Source: Planctomycetota bacterium (GTDB lineage: Bacteria > Planctomycetota > SZUA-567 > H5-PLA8). From it: 64,000 nt of DNA. Positions 1 through 7,718 of the stretch are shown here, in pieces. The first letter of the stretch is position 1; each line of letters begins with the position of its first letter. The notes beneath the pieces are model-generated. The model was not told where the DNA came from and did no database searches. It was given only the letters and a program-made list of their open reading frames with translations. The stretch covers positions 1 through 64,000 of the forward strand of contig JBBRPR010000035.1 of NCBI GenBank assembly GCA_038227875.1, given 5' to 3'. The translations under genes were made by a program, and so were the position numbers.

Positions 1-139
1 CATCGAGGGAAAAAGTTATCGCATGAAAGATCGCATTGACCCCAACTAAACCGCACGTCAGCGCCGCCGCTCTCATCCGAACTTATCCGCTGCATTTTCA
101 AAACGGTCTATTCACCCCATTTTCACGGCGGCGCTGACA
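1..139 (+). mobile_element. Right end of an IS21-family insertion sequence (3' end of istB plus terminal repeat)
   Basis: Frame 2 reads IEGKSYRMKDRIDPN* (2-49), typical of the IstB C-terminus. The end reads GGCGGCGCTGACA (reverse complement TGTCAGCGCC..., IS21-type TG..CA). CATTTTCA is repeated at 93-100 and 118-125. Confidence 0.75.
2..49 (+). CDS. istB: IS21 helper ATPase IstB, C-terminal fragment (cut by window edge)
   Basis: IEGKSYR motif followed by a stop, immediately before the IS21-like end. Confidence 0.65.
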   Translation: MEGKSYRMKDRIDPN

Positions 140-520
140 CCCATTGCCGGAGTCGACTACGGCCAACTAAAGCATGATGCGTTCGCAGCCGTGAAGGCAC
201 TTGAAAAAAACGCGCACATTACCGAACAGATTGAGATGCGATTCGAGGCAGCGGTAGAAATAATTACGGTTCACATGAAGCTTGATTGTCGAACAGTTGC
301 CGAGGCAGAGCCGATATTGTTTCGAATGTCTGATGTTTGGCCGGGTTCTAGGGGTGAGGCTCTCAAGTGCGATTGTCGCGACGCCTTGGTAAGAAAAGGT
401 ATTTCGAGATCCGAGGCATACAGATTACTTGGGAGGTGCGAGCATCCATCTAGATCCGACACAATTGTAAAAATCAAACTCTCACAAGTACTGAATGAAG
501 AGGAATATTTGATCCCGTAG
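140..520 (+). pseudogene. Hypothetical element gene, probably 5'-truncated by the IS21 insertion
   Basis: The frame of ORF 191-520 stays open back to 140, the first base after the IS end. Confidence 0.45.
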
Positions 521-596
521 TCCCAACCGCGTCCCAAGCATATTTGGGACGATTTTACCTATAGAGCGATGCTTTTTGTTTGGGACGATTTGGGAC
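520..596. promoter_or_regulatory. Operator-like array of five TTGGGAC/GTCCCAA motifs
   Basis: GTCCCAA at 520 and 531; TTGGGAC at 544, 580 and 590; AT-rich gap upstream of the HTH gene. Confidence 0.55.
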
Positions 597-678
597 AAAA
601 AGCGACCTTTCTTTATTTCGTTTTATTCTCGTCTTCGTTGAAGTTGCTGAACTACAGCGACCACGGAGGCGAAGAAAA

Positions 679-900
679 ATGGAATGGCCACTATCGACTG
701 GGCAGGTTTGCAAGCTGCTCGAAATTCCTGACCATGTTTGCAATAACCTAATCCGCTGCCGTCGGCTCGACGTCCCGCTTTCCATGGGGCGGCGCGCGTG
801 GTATCCGCACCACCTGCTCAAAATCTCGCGCATCATCGGCAAAGACTCCCTCGAAATTCGCAATCTGTGCATTGACGGCGCGAAAGCGGTGAAGCCGTGA
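679..900 (+). CDS. Small HTH DNA-binding protein (AlpA/excisionase/MerR-like)
   Basis: GGAGG at 665, ATG at 679; LSTGQVCKLLEIP..NNLIR HTH pattern; first gene of the replication operon. Confidence 0.65.
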   Translation: MEWPLSTGQVCKLLEIPDHVCNNLIRCRRLDVPLSMGRRAWYPHHLLKISRIIGKDSLEIRNLCIDGAKAVKP

Positions 901-1064
901 ACGATATTTACTACACCATCACCGATCCCGACGACGTCGAGCACATTGTCAGCGCGGCCGACTTTGCGCGCGTCGTGGACGAACTGTCGCAGAAATTTCC
1001 CGATGCTGAACTTGAAATCGAGGCACGCTTCGCAACTGCCGAGCAGAAAGCAGGCGCGGCATGA
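897..1064 (+). CDS. 55-aa acidic hypothetical protein (absent from ORF track)
   Basis: MNDIYYTITDPDDVEHIV...; GTGA overlap with the upstream stop and ATGA overlap with the primase start. Confidence 0.65.
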   Translation: MNDIYYTITDPDDVEHIVSAADFARVVDELSQKFPDAELEIEARFATAEQKAGAA

Positions 1065-1597
1065 CGATCAACCTCGAGACCGCCCGCCACTTTCTGAATC
1101 GCTTTGGCGAGCGTCACACTTACCAGACCTTCGACGATGCCGGAAAGGGACGGCGCGAGCTGGTGCACATACTCCACGGCACGTTCACCGATGTGATGCG
1201 CGAACTGGCGCGCCTCAACAATGCCGGCGCGGGAATTTTCTTCACCGTCAATCAGACCGATGGACGCGGCAGGAAGCGCGAGAACGTGACCGCGGTGCGC
1301 GCGCTGTTCGTGGATGCCGACGGCGTTGAATGGCCGAAGACCTGGCACAAGTGCCCGAACGTCGTCACGTGGCGCGACACGGCACCGGGCGAGCTTCCGC
1401 GCTGGCACGCGTACTGGTCAACGCAATGCCCGCTCGACAAGTTCACCGAATTCCAGAAGCGACTGTCAAAGCACTACGGCACGGATCCCGCCGTCAACGA
1501 TCCGCCGCGCGTTATGCGCATCCCCGGATTTTTACACCGTAAAGCCGATCCCCTTGAATTTTATTGCCACGTCGCGGAGCGCACCACATGGAACTAG
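1061..1597 (+). CDS. RepB-type (AEP superfamily) DNA primase domain protein
   Basis: GIFFTVN..VRALFVDADG (DxD), WHAYW, DPAVNDPPRVMRIPG motifs. Confidence 0.85.
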   Translation: MTINLETARHFLNRFGERHTYQTFDDAGKGRRELVHILHGTFTDVMRELARLNNAGAGIFFTVNQTDGRGRKRENVTAVRALFVDADGVEWPKTWHKCPNVVTWRDTAPGELPRWHAYWSTQCPLDKFTEFQKRLSKHYGTDPAVNDPPRVMRIPGFLHRKADPLEFYCHVAERTTWN

Positions 1598-3105
1598 ACA
1601 CCGATATTATGAACGGCGTGGGGCCGCTTGTGGACGAAGCGCCAGTCGGGCAGGAACCGACGCCGGCGCGTGCGCAGTCCGCAACCGTTGAGGGCGAATC
1701 CCCCGCCGAAGAATTCAATCGCACCACGAGCGTGTCGGACCTGCTGAATAAACATCAATGGAAGCAGGGGCACGAGAGCGGCGGCAATGTTCACTGGACG
1801 CGACCGGGCAAGACCGGCGGCACATCGGCGACTGTGAAAGACAATCTCTTCTACGTGTTCACCAGCAGCGATTCGAAATTCGAAGGTGGGCGCGCCTACA
1901 ACGCCTTCCAGACTTACGCCCGGCTTGAGCATGATGGCGATGAGAGTGCAGCCGCGGTTGCGATTGTGAGGCGTCGGCCGCGAACTGTGGCGCGCGCCAC
2001 AGTTGAACAGCCCGACGAGGTTGAAGTCGACGATATGCAGCCTGGGACGGCCAAGGAACAGCCGCCGGTTGAACTACGCACCCCGAAAGAGCTCTGGAAC
2101 TTCAACACTGCCGACGATTCGAAGTGTCTGCTTGGGCGCCGCTTTCTGTGCGAGCAGGGCAGTATGCTCTTGGTCGGCGAATCAGGCATTGGGAAATCTT
2201 CGCTGGCGATGCAGTGCGTAACCTGCTGGTCGCTGGGACTTGACGTCTTCGGCATTCGTCCAAAGCGCCGGCTGAAGTCGCTGATTTTTCAGGCCGAAAA
2301 TGACGACGGCGACCTTGCGGAAGAACTGCAGGGCATCGTCCGCGGTCTGCAGCTCGAGCATCGCCTGGACGAACTACAGGACAACATTGCTATTGTGTCG
2401 GAGAGTGCGCGTACAGGTACGAATTTCACTGCATTCGTTCGCGAAATGGTCCGGATCCACAAGCCCGACCTGGTGTGGATCGACAATCTGCTGTCCTACC
2501 TGGGCGGCGATGTCTCCGACCAGAAGACTGTATCGGTATTCCTGCGCAATCAGCTGAACCCGATCGCCAAAGAGACCGGATGCGCCTTCGTGGTGATCCA
2601 CCACACCGGCAAGCCGCCGAAAGACACGCAGGGCAAGCCCACGGGCAACCAGTACGCATATCTCGGCACCGGCTCTTCAGACGTCACCAACTGGGCGCGG
2701 GCAATCCTCGTACTGCGTGAGTCCGAAGCCGGAATCTATGAACTGCGCGCTGCGAAGCGTGGGGCGCGTTCTGGGCTCTTCGAAGGCAAAACCAGCACAA
2801 TACCGGGTCGCTCGGCGTTCATCGCCCACGGCGAGGCTGGCATCTATTGGCGGTGGTCTGACGTGATTCCCGGGCAGTCCGAAATTGACGCGCGCGAACA
2901 GGAATCCGCCGCCGTCCTTGAGGCTATTGGTGAGTCCGGCTGTTCATGGACGGAGTGTTTAGAGCACGTCATGAGGACCTTGAAATTGAAGCGAACTGCA
3001 GGCGCTGAATTCTTCCGGAAGCACGTCGAAAAGCGGCTGGATTACTCCCCGTTTACGAAGCGATATTCGGTCAAAAAAGTAGTCCGGGAAGTAGTCCGGA
3101 GTTAG
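1588..3105 (+). CDS. Replicative helicase, AAA_25/RepA-like, with an N-terminal primase-associated domain
   Basis: Walker A GESGIGKS, QAEND, Walker B LVWIDN, VIHHTGK, GSS motifs; start overlaps the primase end. Confidence 0.85.
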   Translation: MELDTDIMNGVGPLVDEAPVGQEPTPARAQSATVEGESPAEEFNRTTSVSDLLNKHQWKQGHESGGNVHWTRPGKTGGTSATVKDNLFYVFTSSDSKFEGGRAYNAFQTYARLEHDGDESAAAVAIVRRRPRTVARATVEQPDEVEVDDMQPGTAKEQPPVELRTPKELWNFNTADDSKCLLGRRFLCEQGSMLLVGESGIGKSSLAMQCVTCWSLGLDVFGIRPKRRLKSLIFQAENDDGDLAEELQGIVRGLQLEHRLDELQDNIAIVSESARTGTNFTAFVREMVRIHKPDLVWIDNLLSYLGGDVSDQKTVSVFLRNQLNPIAKETGCAFVVIHHTGKPPKDTQGKPTGNQYAYLGTGSSDVTNWARAILVLRESEAGIYELRAAKRGARSGLFEGKTSTIPGRSAFIAHGEAGIYWRWSDVIPGQSEIDAREQESAAVLEAIGESGCSWTECLEHVMRTLKLKRTAGAEFFRKHVEKRLDYSPFTKRYSVKKVVREVVRS

Positions 3106-3320
3106 TCCGGTCTTCATAGGTGCGGACTCCACAACTTTTCAGTGTTGTACTTGCTCGAAAGTAGTCCGGTCAAAGAAATGAGGTTCGAAAGCGTGAATTG
3201 TCATAGGCAAAACAGGGAAGTTAGTCCGGTAGTCCGGAGTAGTCCGGTTTCAGTCCGGTCGGACTGGTAGTCCGGTCGTCCGGTCTAACCCCTTTAGGGG
3301 GTTAGACGGACACGGACCGA
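3078..3320. repeat. Iteron-like AGTCCGG array plus hairpin; putative replication origin
   Basis: AGTCCGG at 3081, 3093, 3104, 3163, 3223, 3231, 3241, 3252 and 3269; inverted CGGACT at 3123 and 3260; 10-bp stem GTCTAACCCC/GGGGTTAGAC at 3283-3307. Confidence 0.75.
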
Positions 3321-3342
3321 ACGAACTGAACAGAAAGGCAGC

Positions 3343-3927
3343 ATGCAAATTCTCGGCATCGACAACGGTCTCGACGGTGGTCTCGCAATCCTGGACGCCG
3401 CCGGCGCAATCCTGCAACGCGAAGTGATGCCCACGGTCACCGTGAAGGCGTCCAAGCGCGAGCACGACGAAAGCGCGATCGTGCGATTCCTGAAAGCATC
3501 GGCGCCGGGCCACGCGTTCATTGAAAAAGCGCAACCGATGCCGGAACAGGGCGTCACGTCCACGTTCAGCATCGGCAGGGGCTACGGGCTGCTCCGCGGC
3601 ATGCTGTCGGCGCTGGGCATCCCGTACACGCTCGTGCATCCCCGGACGTGGCAGAAAGTCATGTTCCGCGATCAGCCGAAGACAGACACGAAGGCTATGT
3701 CGGTGCTCATCGCTGGGCGTCTGTGGCCGGCAACGGACTGGCGCGCGACCGGGCGCTGTAAGAACGCACACCACGGATTGACAGACGCCGCACTGCTCGC
3801 CGAATACGGCCGCCGTCTGCTCGCCGGACAATCGAACCAACCCGCCTACGAATACTCAAAACCGATTCAGTCTTCCGAGTCCGAAGACACGGAAACACTG
3901 TTCGCTAGCATGGAGGCAAAGTCATGA
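3343..3927 (+). CDS. RuvC-like Holliday junction resolvase (phage type)
   Basis: ILGIDNGLDGGLA, FIEK, STFSIGRGYG, VHPRTWQK, DAALLAEYG. Confidence 0.85.
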   Translation: MQILGIDNGLDGGLAILDAAGAILQREVMPTVTVKASKREHDESAIVRFLKASAPGHAFIEKAQPMPEQGVTSTFSIGRGYGLLRGMLSALGIPYTLVHPRTWQKVMFRDQPKTDTKAMSVLIAGRLWPATDWRATGRCKNAHHGLTDAALLAEYGRRLLAGQSNQPAYEYSKPIQSSESEDTETLFASMEAKS

Positions 3928-4217
3928 TTGTAAAATCGTTCGCAGACTCTGACGTCAAGCGCGCTGAAGTCTGGCACGTGATCGCACGCCGCGGTGAAGA
4001 CCTCGAGGTGTTGACCGAGAGCCACGCGACGCACGAACAGGCACGGGCCGCGGCGCTGCGCATGCGGACGTTCGTGCCCGGCAGCGACTTCGGCACCGTG
4101 TCAAGCCTGGTCGACTTCACCCGCCTGGAGCTGCTCGACAAGGACGGCGCGCCGATCATCACCGACGTTCGCGACAGGCAGACCGTCACCGCGTCAAGTC
4201 TGGACGGTGTCGCATGA
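3924..4217 (+). CDS. Hypothetical protein
   Basis: ATGA coupling at both ends. Confidence 0.65.
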   Translation: MIVKSFADSDVKRAEVWHVIARRGEDLEVLTESHATHEQARAAALRMRTFVPGSDFGTVSSLVDFTRLELLDKDGAPIITDVRDRQTVTASSLDGVA

Positions 4218-4513
4218 TTCGCTGCCAGAAATGCCGAAAGCCGCTGACCTGGGCTCAACAGCGCGTCCAATTCGGACGATTGACGCTGCACAAGCTTGAT
4301 GCCGACACGATTCGCGCCGTGCTCCCGCGCTGTCAAAAATGCGTGACGGTTCATCTCGATTCGCTCGCTAACACCGATACCGAAAAGCAGTGCGTGAAAT
4401 GCGGCTCGCCGACTCCACACGATTACATCGCACTGGCAACTGAATGCGTGTGGACGTGCGAAGTGTGTGGATACGAGGAACACGATCCATACCCGCTGCT
4501 GGCGGAGGGCTAA
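4214..4513 (+). CDS. Zn-finger protein (four CxxC)
   Basis: CQKC, CQKC, CVKC, CEVC; coupled to the upstream gene. Confidence 0.65.
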   Translation: MIRCQKCRKPLTWAQQRVQFGRLTLHKLDADTIRAVLPRCQKCVTVHLDSLANTDTEKQCVKCGSPTPHDYIALATECVWTCEVCGYEEHDPYPLLAEG

Positions 4514-4517
4514 AGCG

Positions 4518-4730
4518 ATGCCAGCGAAAACGAAACGACCAGACTTCCCGCGCAGCGCGAAATACCACATCGCGCGGCCGGCGCGACGACGGTGTCTCAG
4601 GTGCAACGCGAAGTTTCCGAGCGAGGACATCGGGCATCGGCGATGCCAGCGGTGCGAGCACGCGCTCAAGGCGTCCGGCGCGTTCGCTGTGGACGCCAGG
4701 CAACAGGCACGCAAGGGGAGGGCGTGGTAG
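4518..4730 (+). CDS. Small Zn-ribbon protein
   Basis: GGAGG before ATG 4518; RRCLRCNAKFPSEDIGHRRCQRC. Confidence 0.6.
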   Translation: MPAKTKRPDFPRSAKYHIARPARRRCLRCNAKFPSEDIGHRRCQRCEHALKASGAFAVDARQQARKGRAW

Positions 4731-4846
4731 GGCTGAAATGTTCGAAACGTCTGAAAGTACAGAAACGCCAGCAGAACCCCGTGGCTGGCGACCGGGCACG
4801 ATTGGCGGGGTATACGTCGAAAGACCGAAAGGACAGACGATTTGTG

Positions 4847-4972
4847 ATGAAAGTTCAATGCCCAGCCTGCGGCAGCACCACGACCCGCGTCTATTGTTCG
4901 CGCGGACGAGTACGGCATCGACGTTGCGTTAATTGTTCGAAACGCTTTAAAACTGTTGAAATAATCCATTAG
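4847..4972 (+). CDS. Ogr/Delta-like (or NrdR N-terminal-like) Zn-finger; candidate late-gene activator
   Basis: MKVQCPACGS..TRVYCSR...RRCVNCSKRFKTVE pattern; AAAGGA upstream; last gene before the late modules. Confidence 0.6.
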   Translation: MKVQCPACGSTTTRVYCSRGRVRHRRCVNCSKRFKTVEIIH

Positions 4973-5041
4973 TAGTACTGAGCATGTATACAAACACACG
5001 GAATAAACGTATTAGCTTATATAGAAACTGGAGGCAAGCCC

Positions 5042-5215
5042 ATGACAATCATTGCGTCTGACCGATTCCGAAAGACCATGCCCGACGTACTGTCGCGCAT
5101 TCAGTACAAGAACGAGAGGTTCACCCTCACGCGTAACGGCAAGGCTATTGCTGAATTGGTACCTATCGCGTCCGCGACCGCGGCTACCACGCCCGACGTC
5201 AAGGCGGCAAAGTAA
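5042..5215 (+). CDS. Phd/YefM-like protein, 57 aa (absent from ORF track)
   Basis: GGAGG at 5030; MTIIASDRFRKTMPDVLSRIQYKNERFTLTRNGKAIAELVPI matches the Phd DNA-binding fold pattern; TAATG overlap with HNH. Confidence 0.75.
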   Translation: MTIIASDRFRKTMPDVLSRIQYKNERFTLTRNGKAIAELVPIASATAATTPDVKAAK

Positions 5216-5499
5216 TGCCGATGAAAGCCGCTGTCTACCGCGCCAACGCCAGCACACCGCGCAGTAAAGCGCAGCGCATTCGCTCATCGTCACGCTGGCA
5301 AAAGGTTCGTTTAATTCAATTGCGAGAGCATCCGTTATGCCACGACTGCCAGCAAGCAGGCAGGACAAAGCAGGCAGAGCAGGTGCGTCACATCCAGCAG
5401 GTGGAGAGCAGGCCCGACCTTGCCTTTGATGGCAGCAACCTGATGAGCTTGTGTGAGGCGTGCCACGGCAAGCGGACGGCAAGGGAGCGCGGGTGGTAG
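5215..5499 (+). CDS. Phage HNH endonuclease (terminase-associated, HK97 gp74-like)
   Basis: RWQKVR..LREHPLCHDC...VRHI...NLMSLCEACHGKRT. Confidence 0.85.
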   Translation: MPMKAAVYRANASTPRSKAQRIRSSSRWQKVRLIQLREHPLCHDCQQAGRTKQAEQVRHIQQVESRPDLAFDGSNLMSLCEACHGKRTARERGW

Positions 5500-5590
5500 G
5501 GGTGCAGGCCCCGTCTATCTCTCACGATCCACGCCCCGTAGACCGCATCGAGGCTCGCACATTTGTGAGCGTTCCCAGTTGAATCAGGAA
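5495..5590 (+). other. Putative cos/packaging site
   Basis: Non-coding gap between HNH and TerS with a G-rich start, the usual cos position in HK97-like phages; positional inference only. Confidence 0.4.
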
Positions 5591-5597
5591 TTTGAAA

Positions 5598-5954
5598 ATG
5601 ACACAAAAACCCAAATCCAACGCCCCGCCCTACCTGATGCCGGCGACGCAATTGTGGTTTAAATCCGTTGTCGAGGATTTTGAACTTGACCCCCACCACG
5701 TCCGCCTGCTCACCCTGGCGGCGGAGGCGTGGGACCGCACCCAGCAGGCGCGGGAAGCGCTTGAAACGAACGGCTTGACGTTTGACGATCGCTTCGGATG
5801 CCCACACGCGCGGCCGGAAGTCGCCATCGAGCGCGATTCTCGTATCGCCTTCGCGCGGCTGATCCGCGAGCTGGCTCTTGACGTTTCGGCACCTGCAGAA
5901 GCCTATTCCCGCCCCGCTGGAATAAATGGCAACGCCCACCGGAAAGTGAGCTGA
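5598..5954 (+). CDS. Terminase small subunit, P27 family
   Basis: APPYL...W..VV..F.L...LL..AAEAWDR...AREALETNGLTF.DRFG.P.ARPEVAIERDSR..FARLIRELAL; downstream of HNH. Confidence 0.8.
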   Translation: MTQKPKSNAPPYLMPATQLWFKSVVEDFELDPHHVRLLTLAAEAWDRTQQAREALETNGLTFDDRFGCPHARPEVAIERDSRIAFARLIRELALDVSAPAEAYSRPAGINGNAHRKVS

Positions 5955-5959
5955 TCAGA

Positions 5960-6436
5960 ATGCCACGGAAACGACGCGAAGGCCATGGACGGGCGGCAAT
6001 GACGGCGGGACAGAGAGAATTTTTAATGAGCGGATGCGATCTCGCAATGCAGATTAGCGACAGCCAGACGCTCACCGACGAACAGACAGGGACCCTCTGG
6101 ACGCGGTACGGCGCATATCTAATCGAAGAGCACGCGGAATTGAATGCATTTACTCGCCCGTGGGCGTTCTGGTGTTTCGATGCACCCGAACCACGCCGGC
6201 GCATCAACGGCGTTCACCCATTCGAGAACCCGGAGCGTAAGGAAGCAATCACCGCCGCGCTCGAAAAGTGGCCCGGTCATGTTCTCTACACAAGCGCGAA
6301 TGAGCTGACGCATGGAAAGCCCGCTCATCTCATTGTGGATGACGACGTTTCGGCAAAATATGAAACCGAACGCGAATACCTGACCCGTTTAAATCTGCTT
6401 ACCGATCACGAGCGCAGCCTGGATGCATCAGAATGA
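5960..6436 (+). CDS. Hypothetical protein in the position normally held by TerL
   Basis: 158 aa, starts 5 bp after TerS; TRPWAFWCFDAPEPRRR and ETEREYLTRLNLL motifs; no Walker A. Confidence 0.7.
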   Translation: MPRKRREGHGRAAMTAGQREFLMSGCDLAMQISDSQTLTDEQTGTLWTRYGAYLIEEHAELNAFTRPWAFWCFDAPEPRRRINGVHPFENPERKEAITAALEKWPGHVLYTSANELTHGKPAHLIVDDDVSAKYETEREYLTRLNLLTDHERSLDASE

Positions 6437-6529
6437 TTAATATTCCGCACGGATTTCATTTGACAGTAAATGTTCCGCTAGCTTAGAGCGGCAATGGATT
6501 AAAAACCGAACGCAATCCTGGAGCGGACC

Positions 6530-6718
6530 ATGACCATCGAAATGAAGACCGAAGAATTTCGCCGCGACATCCCCGCCGTCATGCGCCTGGTCTCCCGCGG
6601 TGGCGCGTCGGTCATCGTAAAGAAACACAACCGCCCGCTATGCCGGATCGTGCCGATCGACATCCCCGACGCGCTCGTGCCGGATTTGCTGGCGCGCGCC
6701 CCGTCCGTGATGGCGTGA
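6530..6718 (+). CDS. Second Phd/YefM-like protein
   Basis: MTIEMKTEEFRRDIPAVMRLVSRGGASVIVKKHNRPLCRIVPI; GGAG RBS; TTGACA at 6460. Confidence 0.65.
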   Translation: MTIEMKTEEFRRDIPAVMRLVSRGGASVIVKKHNRPLCRIVPIDIPDALVPDLLARAPSVMA

Positions 6719-6734
6719 ACTGGAGACGCGTACC

Positions 6735-7706
6735 ATGATCGAACATTTTTCCGGCGCGCTGCTGATGGAACGAACCGCCGCTACGATGATGGCGAAAGCT
6801 ATCGAGAGCTGCGATCAAAAACGCCTGGACGTTTTCAAACGGGGCCCCAGAGCGCTGTGTGTTCGCGGCACGGAAGTGATTTTGAACGCCCGGCGCGAAA
6901 ACACCAGCGGCATGCATCCCCGTACCGCGCTGGCGATGGGCGGCGATCAGTACGGCGGCGGGTATCAGATCGTAAACGGGATTGCCATCATCGGAATTTT
7001 CGGACCGATGTTCAAGAATTATGGCCCTTACGGGTACGCTGATCAGGTTGAAATTCAGGCTACTGTGCGCGCGGCGACGATGGATCGAACGGTCTCCGGC
7101 ATCATGCTTGTTATCGACAGCCCCGGCGGCTCGGTTTCCGGCACGCCAGAGCTCGCTACCGAGATCTACGCCGCGAACGCGGTGAAACCTGTGATGGCGT
7201 TCATCGACGGCCTGTGCGCGTCTGCAGCGTACTGGGCGGCATGCGGCGCGAGGGCGATCTACAGCAATTCGACGTCGATGGCAGGGTCAGTCGGCGTGAT
7301 TATGTCCATCATGGACGCGTCAAAAGCTTACGACGCGGCCGGCATCAAGGTAACCAACATCAAAACCGGTGAATTCAAAGACACCGGCGACCCCTCGCAG
7401 CCCGCCACGAAGGCCGGAATCAGCTATCTGCAGGACATTTGCGACCAGATCGGCGCGCTGTTTTTCGCCGACGTCGCGCGCGGCCGCGGCATTTCTCTGG
7501 ACCGCGTGCGCAATATGCAGGCGAAAATCTATCTCGGCGCCGATGCCGTGCGTGTTGGACTCGTGAATGGCGGCAGCACTACGTTCGATACGGCATGGGA
7601 CCTGTTGCGGCGCGCCAGTGATCAGAAGTACCGCGCTGGCGTTGAGCGCATGGATGAGTACCGCGCAATCATTCAGAAACTTGAATCAGAAACACTTGAA
7701 AACTAA
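6735..7706 (+). CDS. S49-family peptidase (prohead protease, lambda gpC/SppA-like)
   Basis: IDSPGGSV, CASAAYWAA, GSVGV, TGEFKD; directly upstream of the capsid gene. Confidence 0.9.
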   Translation: MIEHFSGALLMERTAATMMAKAIESCDQKRLDVFKRGPRALCVRGTEVILNARRENTSGMHPRTALAMGGDQYGGGYQIVNGIAIIGIFGPMFKNYGPYGYADQVEIQATVRAATMDRTVSGIMLVIDSPGGSVSGTPELATEIYAANAVKPVMAFIDGLCASAAYWAACGARAIYSNSTSMAGSVGVIMSIMDASKAYDAAGIKVTNIKTGEFKDTGDPSQPATKAGISYLQDICDQIGALFFADVARGRGISLDRVRNMQAKIYLGADAVRVGLVNGGSTTFDTAWDLLRRASDQKYRAGVERMDEYRAIIQKLESETLEN

Positions 7707-7718
7707 GGAGAGTAGAAC

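Noticed and set aside
3078..3320. CRISPR array
   Set aside because: Repeats are 7-10 bp with irregular short spacing, no unique 30-40-bp spacers and no cas genes.
3343..3927. TnpB/Cas12-like RuvC nuclease
   Set aside because: Only 194 aa, contiguous resolvase-type RuvC, no Zn ribbon or RNA-binding lobe.
3905..4999. 364-aa minus-strand ORF in the element
   Set aside because: Overlaps several translationally coupled plus-strand genes with RBSs and Zn motifs; no recognisable domain.
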